A stretch of 61,348 bases of DNA, filler included. It is 5 parts of 5 records of this genome, joined end to end, with 100 filler letters (N's around TTAATTAATTAA, not from the genome) between each part and the next. Parts side by side here need not be neighbours in the genome. Positions count along the whole stretch, not along the records: positions 15,525 to 42,843 come from SRR31156797_24041; 4 more parts are not named here. The stretch is one strand, 5' to 3'. Below the pieces are notes generated by a model, which saw only the letters and a list, made by a program, of their open reading frames with translations, was not told where the DNA came from and ran no database searches. Positions within the stretch are counted from its first letter, which is position 1, and the number at the start of each line of letters is the position of its first letter. This document shows positions 30,569 through 39,793 of the stretch, one piece after another. A program made the position numbers and the translations under genes.

Positions 30569-30605
30569 AAACCCTCTTGTCCGATTTGGGCAAGAGGGTT
30601 TTTTT
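30569..30605 (+). terminator. Intrinsic terminator directly upstream of pyrB (possible attenuator)
   Basis: AAACCCTCTTGTCC-GATTT-GGGCAAGAGGGTTT plus T run, ending 12 nt before pyrB ATG. Confidence 0.8.
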
Positions 30606-30617
30606 CGGGGGTTAACC

Positions 30618-31559
30618 ATGAGGAGATTTGAGCATAAAGACCTTCTTGGTATGGAGGCATTGTCTGCTGCCGACATCGGGTTGATTTTGGATACGGCGGA
30701 GTCCCTTAAATCAATTTCTGCAAGGGATATCAAAAAAGCGCCTACCCTCAGGGGCAAAAGTGTTGTTAATTTTTTCTACGAGCCCAGCACCCGGACAAGG
30801 TCTTCATTTGAAATTGCGGCAAAAAGGCTGAGTGCTGACACTTTCAGCCTTTCGGCCTCTACCAGCAGTATGGTTAAGGGGGAAACGCTACTGGATACCG
30901 CCTTGAATTTACAGGCCATGAATCCGGATGTTATCGTTTTGCGGCATTCTTCAAGTGGCGCGCCTTATGTTTTTGCAAATGAGGTAAGGGCCGCGGTTAT
31001 CAATGCCGGTGACGGTATCAATGAGCATCCGACCCAAGCCCTTCTTGATCTTTACACCATCCGGGAGAAAAAGGGTGGTATAGCGGGTCTGAAAGTTGCG
31101 ATTATTGGTGATATTGCCCACAGCCGCGTGGCGCGATCCGATATCATCGGTCTTATCAAGATGGGTGCCGCTGTTACCGTGGCCGGGCCGCCGACCCTGA
31201 TTCCCAAAGGGATTGAGGCCATGGGCGTCACCGTTTCCAATGATCCGGCAATTGCGGTCAAGGATTGCGATGTGGTGATGCTCTTAAGGGTCCAGTTTGA
31301 GCGGCAAAGCAAGCTTCTTTTTCCGAGTATTCGAGAGTACGGTACCTATTTTTGTCTTACCGAAAATGTGCTGAAGGGTGCTAAAAATGACGTGATTGTG
31401 ATGCATCCCGGCCCTTTAAATCGTGGCGTTGAGATTTCCAATGGTGTTGCAGACGGGCCTTATTCCGTTATTCTTGACCAGGTGGCCAATGGGGTTGCAG
31501 TGCGGATGGCGGTGCTTTATCTTTTGATTGGAGGCGCGAAGAGTGATAACGTTGATTAA
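30618..31559 (+). CDS. pyrB: Aspartate carbamoyltransferase catalytic subunit
   Basis: [31 protein letters not shown]. Confidence 0.97.
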   Translation: MRRFEHKDLLGMEALSAADIGLILDTAESLKSISARDIKKAPTLRGKSVVNFFYEPSTRTRSSFEIAAKRLSADTFSLSASTSSMVKGETLLDTALNLQAMNPDVIVLRHSSSGAPYVFANEVRAAVINAGDGINEHPTQALLDLYTIREKKGGIAGLKVAIIGDIAHSRVARSDIIGLIKMGAAVTVAGPPTLIPKGIEAMGVTVSNDPAIAVKDCDVVMLLRVQFERQSKLLFPSIREYGTYFCLTENVLKGAKNDVIVMHPGPLNRGVEISNGVADGPYSVILDQVANGVAVRMAVLYLLIGGAKSDNVD

Positions 31560-32832
31560 AGGGGGGCGGGTTGTCAATCCTCATCGGGGTACGGTTGAGG
31601 AAAACGATTTACTCATCGAAAACGGCAAGGTTTCTCGAATATTGCCAAAAGGGGCCTTGGGAGATACATCGATGATTTCAGAGACCCTTGACGCATCGGG
31701 TAAGACGATCGTCCCCGGTCTGGTGGATATGCATGTTCATCTAAGGGAGCCGGGGTTCGAATACAAGGAAACCATTGCCAGTGGTGCAATGGCAGCCGCC
31801 GCAGGAGGTTATTCCGCCATCGCCTGTATGCCCAACACCGATCCACCCAACGATTGTCGTGCGGTGACGGAGTTTATCATTGAACAGGGCAGGAAAGCCG
31901 GTGCGGCCGCGGTTTATCCCATCGCGACCATCTCAAAAGGACAGAAGGGCGAATCTCTGGTCGATTTCTGCGAACTGGCCGCCGCGGGGGCCGTGGGTGT
32001 TTCAGATGACGGGTTTCCCGTTGTTAACAGTGAACTCATGAGACGGGCCCTTGAGTACGCCCATTATTGTGGATTGACCGTGATTTCACATTGTGAAGAT
32101 CTCAATCTGTCCAAGGGCGGTGTCATGCATGAGGGCGAAATTTCAACCCGGTTCGGTTTGCCGGGGATATGCGGTTCCAGCGAAGATATTTTCGTTTACA
32201 GAGAAATTTCACTTGCCCGGCTGACCCGGTGCCCCGTCCATATTGCCCATGTCAGCACCGGCGTTTCCGTTGAATTGGTACGTCGCGCCAAGGAGGAGGG
32301 CCTTCCCGTGACCGCTGAAACCACGCCACACTATTTCACCCTGGATCATGAATCACTGGTGGGATATGATACGTGCTATAAAGTCAATCCGCCGTTGAGG
32401 ACGTCCACGGATGTGGCCCAAATCAAAAGGGGACTTGCTGACGGGGTTATTGATGTGATCGCCACCGATCATGCTCCCCACGACAGTCTTGAAAAGGATG
32501 TGGAATTCGACAAAGCGGCATTCGGTATGATCGGACTTCAAACGGCCCTTCCGTTGACATTGGAACTGGTAAGAGACGGGATTATGACGTTGCCGGATGC
32601 CGTTTCAAAACTCTCTTCCCAAGGGGCGGCTATCCTGGGCATTCCCGGCGGAGAAATAAAGATAGGGGGAAATGCCGATCTGGCCATTATTGATATGGCA
32701 TGTGAATATCGTTTCGAAGAGAAAGATATCCTTTCAAAAAGCAAGAATTCGCCTTTCCTGGGTCGAATGCTGAAAGGGCGATGCGACTTGACAATGCTTG
32801 GAGGGAAGATTGTCTATGAGAGAGACGCATAA
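31543..32832 (+). CDS. pyrC: Dihydroorotase
   Basis: [37 protein letters not shown] start after GGAGG. Confidence 0.95.
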   Translation: MITLIKGGRVVNPHRGTVEENDLLIENGKVSRILPKGALGDTSMISETLDASGKTIVPGLVDMHVHLREPGFEYKETIASGAMAAAAGGYSAIACMPNTDPPNDCRAVTEFIIEQGRKAGAAAVYPIATISKGQKGESLVDFCELAAAGAVGVSDDGFPVVNSELMRRALEYAHYCGLTVISHCEDLNLSKGGVMHEGEISTRFGLPGICGSSEDIFVYREISLARLTRCPVHIAHVSTGVSVELVRRAKEEGLPVTAETTPHYFTLDHESLVGYDTCYKVNPPLRTSTDVAQIKRGLADGVIDVIATDHAPHDSLEKDVEFDKAAFGMIGLQTALPLTLELVRDGIMTLPDAVSKLSSQGAAILGIPGGEIKIGGNADLAIIDMACEYRFEEKDILSKSKNSPFLGRMLKGRCDLTMLGGKIVYERDA

Positions 32833-34207
32833 GATCCTTGTGGTTGATGATGAAAAGAGCATGCGGGAGTTTCTGGATATCATGTTGGCCAAGGAGGGGT
32901 ATCATGTGGTTTCCGCCAGAGACGGAGAAGAGGCTTTCCGGGTTCTGGAAAAAGACCGCTTTGATCTTGTCATTACCGATATCCGCATGAAAACCATTGA
33001 CGGATTGGGGGTTTTGAGGAAAGTCAAGGAAGTCAACCCCTCTACCGTGGTTGTCTTAATTTCCGCTTTTGCCACGGCTGAAACCGCCGTTGAAGCCATG
33101 AAAGAGGGAGCCTACGATTATATTCCCAAACCGTTTAAGGTCCATGATTTCAAACGTATTATCTCTGAGGCATTGAAATCCTCCCAATCGGCCATTCCGG
33201 TGGATGCTTCGCCCACAAAAGAAAGACTTCATTTTGGTTCCTTGATGGGTGAAAGCCCGCAGATGCGTAAGGTGTACGATCTTATCCGGCGGGTTTCAGG
33301 GACCAAAACCAATATTTTGATTACCGGTGAAAGCGGCACCGGAAAAGAATTGGTGGCACGGGCCATCCATAAGTTGAGTGATCGCAGAGACAGACCCATT
33401 GTGGTCATTAATTGTGCAGGCATCCCCGAAAACCTCATTGAAAGTGAGCTTTTCGGTTTTAAAAAGGGGGCTTTCACCGGCGCCACGGCCGATAAGGAAG
33501 GCCTGTTCGGCGTTGCCGATGGGGGAGTGGTTTTTTTAGATGAGATCGGTGAACTTTCACCGGTGATCCAGGTCAAGTTACTGCGGGTCATTCAAGATCG
33601 GACCTTTACGGCCGTTGGCGGAACGGATGTGAAAGTGGTGGATGTTCGTTTCATCGCAGCCACCAACAAAGATCTTGAAACAGAGGTGATTGATGGCAAA
33701 TTCAGGGAGGATCTCTATTTCCGGTTAAATGTGATCCCCCTTGATCTCCCGCCTTTGAGGGAAAGGGAAGGCGATATTCCGTTGTTGGCCCAGCATTTTC
33801 TCGAAAAATATTCCCTGGAGATGAAAAAAGACATCGGTAAGATATCCGCCTATGCCATGAGCATTCTGCAGAAATATGCATTTCCCGGCAATGTAAGGGA
33901 ATTGGAGAATATTGTGGAGCGGAGCGTGGCCCTGGAGACTTCAAATATCGTTCTGCCGGGGAGCCTGACCTTATCAAACCTGCGCATGGGGGGCGAACCC
34001 ACGGCAATGAGTCCGAAGAGGTCTCTGGACCCCAACGGCATTCAGCTGGACAAGGTGATGGCGGAAATAGAAAAGGGTTATGTGATGCAGGCAATGGAAA
34101 TGGCCAAGGGTTCAAAACAGAAGGCAGCGGACCTGTTGAACATCAACCTGCGTTCCCTGCGGTACAGGCTTGAGAAACTGTTTCCCGAGGAATCAGGTAT
34201 CAAGTAA
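32816..34207 (+). CDS. Sigma-54-dependent response regulator (NtrC/PilR family)
   Basis: Receiver VVDDE...TDIRM; GESGTGKE, GAFTGA, FREDLYFRLNV; Fis-type HTH. Confidence 0.93.
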   Translation: MRETHKILVVDDEKSMREFLDIMLAKEGYHVVSARDGEEAFRVLEKDRFDLVITDIRMKTIDGLGVLRKVKEVNPSTVVVLISAFATAETAVEAMKEGAYDYIPKPFKVHDFKRIISEALKSSQSAIPVDASPTKERLHFGSLMGESPQMRKVYDLIRRVSGTKTNILITGESGTGKELVARAIHKLSDRRDRPIVVINCAGIPENLIESELFGFKKGAFTGATADKEGLFGVADGGVVFLDEIGELSPVIQVKLLRVIQDRTFTAVGGTDVKVVDVRFIAATNKDLETEVIDGKFREDLYFRLNVIPLDLPPLREREGDIPLLAQHFLEKYSLEMKKDIGKISAYAMSILQKYAFPGNVRELENIVERSVALETSNIVLPGSLTLSNLRMGGEPTAMSPKRSLDPNGIQLDKVMAEIEKGYVMQAMEMAKGSKQKAADLLNINLRSLRYRLEKLFPEESGIK

Positions 34208-34221
34208 AAAGTGCCGGGTTA

Positions 34222-35910
34222 TCATCCCCTGGTTTCAAGCATCTTACGGCACTCCTTTATATAAGGTTCCGCTTGATTGGAATTCCGGATCCCGCGAAAG
34301 CAGCCGAGTGCCCGTTGAAACTCCCCCAGATTCATATGACCGATTCCCCGGCAGAGTTTCAGTTGGTCATTTTCAGGAAAAAGCCGTATCCCTTCATTCA
34401 GCAGGGTGATGGACTCCCGGAATGCCTTTTCCTGTTGCTTGATCATGCCCAACCCCAGATAGGCGCGATCGTTCGGCGCATAATCCAGGGATCTATCGTA
34501 CAGGTTTTTTGCCGTTTCCTTTTTGTTGGGAATGTGCTCAATTTTTGCATACTCCCCATGGCTGAAGGTCATGGCCAGCCTGGAGAGAAAATCAGCGTTT
34601 CGTTCACGGAAGGTCTCTTTTTCCGTGAGTTCAATGTCCTTTGTAAAGCCGGATAGGGCCTCGTGGAAGGCGGTCCGCAGCTTTTTGCCGAAGGTGAGGA
34701 TCATTTCTTCGGTTAAATGGGGATCCGTTTCAAAATAGAGGATGTCCTCAATTTTCCGGAGCCATATGTCATCGGTAAGCCCCGATTGTTTCAAATACAT
34801 GTCGTACAGAGTTGTTCCGGGGAAAATATCCAGAATGTAAAAAATGGCGCTCAGGGGTTTGATTTCGTGTATGAGGTCAATGGTTTCCCGTATGGTTTCC
34901 CGGTTTTCACCCGGGGAGCCGTAAATGAAGTAGGCCCGTGCCAGAATTCCGTAGTGGGTGGTCAACCGAAAGGCATTTTTGATCTGTTCCGATTGAATGT
35001 TCTTGTTCAGAAAATGGCGTATTTTTTCGGAACCGCTCTCAACCCCGTAACTGATTTGCGTGCACCCGGCCAGTCTCATCCAGTAGAGTACCTCCTTGTC
35101 AACGAGATCCACCCTGGAGATGGCAAACCATGATATTTTCAATTTACTTTCAATTATTTTCTTACAGATATCAATGACCCTGGCCCTGTTGATCAGGAAT
35201 GTATCATCTGAGAAAAAGAAGAACCTGATACCCCGTTTATAAAGGTATTCCAGTTGTTTGACAAAGTAGGCAGCCGAATGGAACCTGACCTTTCGGCCCC
35301 AGAATCGTGGTGAGCCGCAAAAGGTGCAGTTGCCGGGACAACCCCGGGTGAAAGCCACATGTTGATAGTCAAAGAATTTTGATGGGATGGGCAGATCATC
35401 CAGATTTTTGATGGGGTGTGGGCGCCCTGTTTTCACTGGACGTCCCTGGGTTCTAAAAGCGATTCCCTTGATGGACTTAACGTTTTTTGGGTTCCCTTTC
35501 ATAATGGCCCGAATCAGCTTCAAAAAGGGGTATTCCCCTTCTCCCAGGACACAAAAGTCCACCGCCTTGAAATGGGTGAGGAAATGCTTCCACAGAAAGG
35601 TGGCCCCGATGCCACCGAAAACAACCGCTACCTCCGGGTTCAGCGCCTTTGCGGTCTTTGCAATTTCCAGCGCACCCCATCGATTGGCTTGAAGGACTGA
35701 AAACCCGATAATATCCGGTCTTTTTTCCTTGAGGATCCGGGCCATGAGGTCCGAAGCATTGCCCATATGGGCCCAGTTCAGGATTTCCACACGGTATCCC
35801 TTTTCCTTCAGCAGTGCTCCCACATAGTACAGGCCTAAAGGCGGGGCGCTGATCTCCTCTTCATGGAGACGTGCTTCAAGAAAGGGGGGGTATATGAGTA
35901 ATATTTTCAT
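34222..35910 (-). CDS. B12-binding radical SAM protein with C-terminal TPR
   Basis: MKILLIYPP, PPLGLYY, RGCPGNCTFC, YGVESGS; TPR-like RAYLGLGMIKQQ. Confidence 0.9.
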   Translation of the reverse strand: MKILLIYPPFLEARLHEEEISAPPLGLYYVGALLKEKGYRVEILNWAHMGNASDLMARILKEKRPDIIGFSVLQANRWGALEIAKTAKALNPEVAVVFGGIGATFLWKHFLTHFKAVDFCVLGEGEYPFLKLIRAIMKGNPKNVKSIKGIAFRTQGRPVKTGRPHPIKNLDDLPIPSKFFDYQHVAFTRGCPGNCTFCGSPRFWGRKVRFHSAAYFVKQLEYLYKRGIRFFFFSDDTFLINRARVIDICKKIIESKLKISWFAISRVDLVDKEVLYWMRLAGCTQISYGVESGSEKIRHFLNKNIQSEQIKNAFRLTTHYGILARAYFIYGSPGENRETIRETIDLIHEIKPLSAIFYILDIFPGTTLYDMYLKQSGLTDDIWLRKIEDILYFETDPHLTEEMILTFGKKLRTAFHEALSGFTKDIELTEKETFRERNADFLSRLAMTFSHGEYAKIEHIPNKKETAKNLYDRSLDYAPNDRAYLGLGMIKQQEKAFRESITLLNEGIRLFPENDQLKLCRGIGHMNLGEFQRALGCFRGIRNSNQAEPYIKECRKMLETRG

Positions 35911-36006
35911 ATTTAACGTTATACAGAATGGAAGCGCCATAGGGAAAGATTTTTTCTTATCAATCTCAATTTCCGGGTGGAAGGGTGATCAAGGTGAAAA
36001 AAGTAC

Positions 36007-36035
36007 TTGACAAAGGAACCGTACTGATCCAGAAT
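36007..36035 (+). promoter_or_regulatory. Sigma-70 promoter for the leader-cimA operon
   Basis: TTGACA-N17-CAGAAT. Confidence 0.7.
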
Positions 36036-36085
36036 ACAAAACTTGTACAAATTTATAAATTGATTTTTCGAAACCCGTACCCAAA

Positions 36086-36205
36086 ATGATTTCAATACCC
36101 GATAGCATTATCGTCATTATCAACGCAGCAGGGATCTTCGTATCCTTGTTGCTTCTACTCCTTTTGGTCGGGACAACCAAAACCCATGACCTGATAATGA
36201 CGTAG
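36086..36205 (+). CDS. Branched-chain amino acid attenuation leader peptide (39 aa)
   Basis: MISIPDSIIVIINAAGIFVSLLLLLLLVGTTKTHDLIMT*, with IIVII and seven consecutive Leu codons, between promoter and terminator. Confidence 0.85.
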   Translation: MISIPDSIIVIINAAGIFVSLLLLLLLVGTTKTHDLIMT

Positions 36206-36227
36206 TAATTCAAACAGATTTTCCCCC

Positions 36228-36264
36228 AACCGTTATCAGGTCTTCCTGATAACGGTTTTTTTTT
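36228..36264 (+). terminator. Attenuator terminator of the cimA-leu-ilv operon
   Basis: AACCGTTATCAGG-TCTT-CCTGATAACGGTT plus T run. Confidence 0.9.
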
Positions 36265-36318
36265 GGGCGAAAATGGGGATATCGGTTTTTGATTCGGGAT
36301 TATATGTGGAGAAAGACC

Positions 36319-37893
36319 ATGGCAAAAGAAATTTTCATCTACGATACCACCCTTCGCGATGGTACTCAGGGCGAAGAAGTGACCCTTTCAGCGGAAGATA
36401 AACTGCGAATTGCCAGAAAACTGGATGACTTCGGGATCCCTTATATTGAAGGGGGATGGCCCGGAAGCAACCCGAAAGACGAGCGCTTTTTTGAAATGGC
36501 CAAACAGATCGATTTTAAGAACGCCCGTCTGGCCGCATTCAGCAGTACCCGTCACGCCCACGTCCGTCCGGAGGAAGATAAAAATGTCCGTGCCCTTTTG
36601 CAGACCGAAACGGACACGGTCACCATATTCGGGAAAAGCTGGGATCTTCACGCCACCCGGATTCTGGGTGTTTCCCTGGATGAAAACCTATTCATGATCG
36701 AAGAGACGGTGGCGTATCTGAAAAAACAGGACCGTCAGGTTATTTTCGATGCGGAACATTTTTTTGATGGATACAAGCATAATCCCGAATACGCCCTTAA
36801 AGCCATTCAAGCCGCCGAATCGGGTGGCGCCGATTTTATCGTACTGTGTGATACCAATGGGGGGAGTATGCCCGATGAGGTGAGGGCCGTCATGAAACAG
36901 GTCAAACCTTTATGTGGGGCAAAGGTGGGCATCCACACCCATAATGACTGCGGTCTGGCGCTTGCCAATTCCCTGGTGGCGGTTCAGACAGGGGCCAGCA
37001 TGGTCCAGGGCACCATCAACGGCTATGGAGAACGTTGCGGAAATGTGGATCTTATAAGCGTTGTGGGGAATCTGCATTTTAAACTGGGGGCCCGATGCGT
37101 TTTCCATAAGAGCATGGGCCAACTGACCGAACTCTCGCGGTTTGTGAGTGAAGTGGCCAACATTCCCCCCCAGAATCAGCGTCCCTTTGTGGGAAAAAGC
37201 GCATTTGCCCACAAAGGGGGGGTCCATGTGAGTGCTGTGGCGAAACTTCCCAGGGCTTATGAACATATCCCTCCCGAAGAGGTGGGCAACCGTCGCCGTG
37301 TTCTGGTGTCGGATTTGTCAGGCAAAAGCAACATCGATTTCAAGTCCTGCGAAATGGGCATTAAGCTGGGCGGCAACGGCTATGACAGTGAAAGGATTGT
37401 CAGGGAAATCAAACGCCTGGAAGACGAGGGCTACCAGTTCGATGCGGCTGAAGGATCCCTTGAACTGTTGATCAAGAAGGTGACGGGCCAGTTTAAAGAA
37501 CCATTTACCCTGGAATCATTGCGGGTGACCACTGAAAAGGATCGTGATAAATCCAGCTCGTCCCAGGCGACCATCAAAATTGCAGTGGGGGATGAGTACG
37601 AGATCACAGCGGCCGAGGGTGAAGGCCCCGTGAATGCCCTTGACAATGCCCTCAGAAAAGCGCTCACCAAATTCTTCCCGGAGATCAATGAAATGGCCCT
37701 GGTGGACTTTAAGGTACGTGTCATTGATGGGGGTGGTGCCACGGCAGCCAAAGTGCGGGTCCAGATTGAATCCAGGGATGCCCGGGAGATCTGGTCCACC
37801 ATCGGCGTGTCGGAGAACGTCATCGAGGCCAGTTGGCAGGCCCTGGTTGATAGTGTACAGTACAAATTACTGAAAGAATCAAAGCGGCCTTGA
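36319..37893 (+). CDS. cimA: (R)-citramalate synthase
   Basis: YDTTLRDGTQGE, IEGGWPGSNPKD, FDAEHFFDG, FAHKGGVH, VLVSDLSGKSN. Confidence 0.9.
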   Translation: MAKEIFIYDTTLRDGTQGEEVTLSAEDKLRIARKLDDFGIPYIEGGWPGSNPKDERFFEMAKQIDFKNARLAAFSSTRHAHVRPEEDKNVRALLQTETDTVTIFGKSWDLHATRILGVSLDENLFMIEETVAYLKKQDRQVIFDAEHFFDGYKHNPEYALKAIQAAESGGADFIVLCDTNGGSMPDEVRAVMKQVKPLCGAKVGIHTHNDCGLALANSLVAVQTGASMVQGTINGYGERCGNVDLISVVGNLHFKLGARCVFHKSMGQLTELSRFVSEVANIPPQNQRPFVGKSAFAHKGGVHVSAVAKLPRAYEHIPPEEVGNRRRVLVSDLSGKSNIDFKSCEMGIKLGGNGYDSERIVREIKRLEDEGYQFDAAEGSLELLIKKVTGQFKEPFTLESLRVTTEKDRDKSSSSQATIKIAVGDEYEITAAEGEGPVNALDNALRKALTKFFPEINEMALVDFKVRVIDGGGATAAKVRVQIESRDAREIWSTIGVSENVIEASWQALVDSVQYKLLKESKRP

Positions 37894-38087
37894 GAAAACA
37901 AAAGGAAACCATTCATGGAAACCGGTCAGGTCAACAGGAGGATCACCACCGCAGATTCCGTATTCAACGTGAATCTGCGGGGGGGGCTTGTGGCGGAATA
38001 AAGGGTGAATAAACCCGGCAAAGAATCATTTGCCCGTTGAAGGATTTTGGTTTTTTATCTGTATTTTGTCATAAGGAGAAATGGACA

Positions 38088-39635
38088 ATGGAAGAACGCG
38101 TTATTTTTTTCGATACCACTTTGAGGGATGGGGAACAATCCCCCGGCGCCAGCATGAACAGCGCCGAAAAACTGAGAATTGCCGGCCAGCTGGAAAGGCT
38201 GGGGGTTGATGTGATGGAAGCGGGTTTTCCCGCTTCATCCCCCGGTGATTTTGAATCGGTGCAAATGATCGCCAATAAAATCAGGAACGTTGAAATCGCA
38301 GGCCTTGCCAGGACCGCCAAGGAAGATATCGATCAGGCATGGGCGGCGGTCCGGGACGCGGCCCGCCCCAGGATTCACACCTTTATCGCCACAAGTGACA
38401 TCCACATGAAATACAAGCTTAAAATGACCCGTGAACAGGTCATTGATGAAGCGGTGAAAAGTGTGAAATATGCCAGAAGCCTTTGTGACAGTGTTGAATT
38501 TTCAACGGAAGACGGTACCCGTTCGGATCGGGATTTTCTATGCCGCGTGTTTGAGGCGGTCATTGCGGCCGGTGCGACCACCGTCAACCTGCCCGATACG
38601 GTGGGGTATGCCGTGCCCGAAGAATTCGGCGAACTGGTGAGTTATGTGCGGGCGCACACACCCAATATCCACAAGGCCGTCATGAGTGTTCACTGCCACA
38701 ATGATCTGGGGCTGGCCACCGCCAATACCCTGGCCGGCATAAGAGCCGGTGCCCGTCAGGCGGAGGTGACCATCAACGGTATCGGTGAGCGGGCCGGGAA
38801 CACTTCCCTGGAAGAAATGGTCATGACCCTTTTTACCCGCAGGGATCAAATGGCGTTGGATTTCGGCATCAAAACAGAGGAAATCCATCCCACCAGCCGT
38901 CTGGTCTCCATGATTACCGGTATTGTGGTACAACCCAACAAAGCCATTGTGGGTGCCAACGCTTTTGCCCATGAAGCGGGTATCCATCAGGACGGCGTGC
39001 TCAAAAACCCCATGACCTATGAAATCATGAGTCCGGGTACGGTGGGCCTTTTAGGCAACCGCATGGTCATCGGAAAACACTCGGGACGTCACGCCTTTCA
39101 GGACAAATTGCGTCAGATGGGATACGAATTATCCCGGGAAGAATTAAACCCTCTTTTTGCAAAGTTCAAAGAGCTGGCGGACAAACGGAAAGAGATTCTG
39201 GAAGAGGACATTGAAGCGCTGGTGGCCGAAGAAATTCTGCGGGTTCCCGATATTTATGAACTCCTCTACCTGAATGTGGTCAGTGGCACCGTGGCGGTTC
39301 CCACGGCCACCGTGAAATTGAAAATCCATGGTGAAGAGGCCCAGAGCGCAGGTTTCGGCGTGGGGCCCATCGACGCGACCTTTAACACCATTGTCAAAAT
39401 GACGGGGAGTAACGCCAAACTGATGCGCTTTTCCGTAAACGCCATCACCGGAGGCATGGATGCACAGGGAGAGGTGACGGCGCGCCTTCAGGAGAATGGA
39501 TTCGTGACATTGGGCAAGGGCACCGATTCCGATATTATCACGGCTTCCGCAAAAGCCTTTGTCAACGGATTGAACCGTTTGGAACATCTGAAGCGGAATC
39601 CCAGGTTGTCCCCCAATGAAGCTGTTAGCCTTTAG
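38088..39635 (+). CDS. leuA: 2-isopropylmalate synthase
   Basis: FDTTLRDGEQSPG, HCHNDLG, GIGERAGN, HEAGIHQDG. Confidence 0.95.
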   Translation: MEERVIFFDTTLRDGEQSPGASMNSAEKLRIAGQLERLGVDVMEAGFPASSPGDFESVQMIANKIRNVEIAGLARTAKEDIDQAWAAVRDAARPRIHTFIATSDIHMKYKLKMTREQVIDEAVKSVKYARSLCDSVEFSTEDGTRSDRDFLCRVFEAVIAAGATTVNLPDTVGYAVPEEFGELVSYVRAHTPNIHKAVMSVHCHNDLGLATANTLAGIRAGARQAEVTINGIGERAGNTSLEEMVMTLFTRRDQMALDFGIKTEEIHPTSRLVSMITGIVVQPNKAIVGANAFAHEAGIHQDGVLKNPMTYEIMSPGTVGLLGNRMVIGKHSGRHAFQDKLRQMGYELSREELNPLFAKFKELADKRKEILEEDIEALVAEEILRVPDIYELLYLNVVSGTVAVPTATVKLKIHGEEAQSAGFGVGPIDATFNTIVKMTGSNAKLMRFSVNAITGGMDAQGEVTARLQENGFVTLGKGTDSDIITASAKAFVNGLNRLEHLKRNPRLSPNEAVSL

Positions 39636-39724
39636 CTGTTGCTTGGAACGACGACCTGTTGGGTAACCCGGTCGATAATCTGATGGATTAAATCGTATGT
39701 AATTTAGAACTATACAATCTCAAG

Positions 39725-39776
39725 GCTAACGGCTAACAGCTAATAGCTAATAGCTAACAGCTAATAGCTGACAGCT
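39725..39776 (+). repeat. Heptamer tandem repeat (GCTAAYA consensus), 7 units plus partial
   Basis: gctaacg gctaaca gctaata gctaata gctaaca gctaata gctgaca gct. Confidence 0.9.
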
Positions 39777-39793
39777 CAGGAGGCAATGAATAA

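Noticed and set aside
35989-36213. 74-aa minus-strand ORF
   Set aside because: Antisense to the leader peptide and attenuator, which explain the region better
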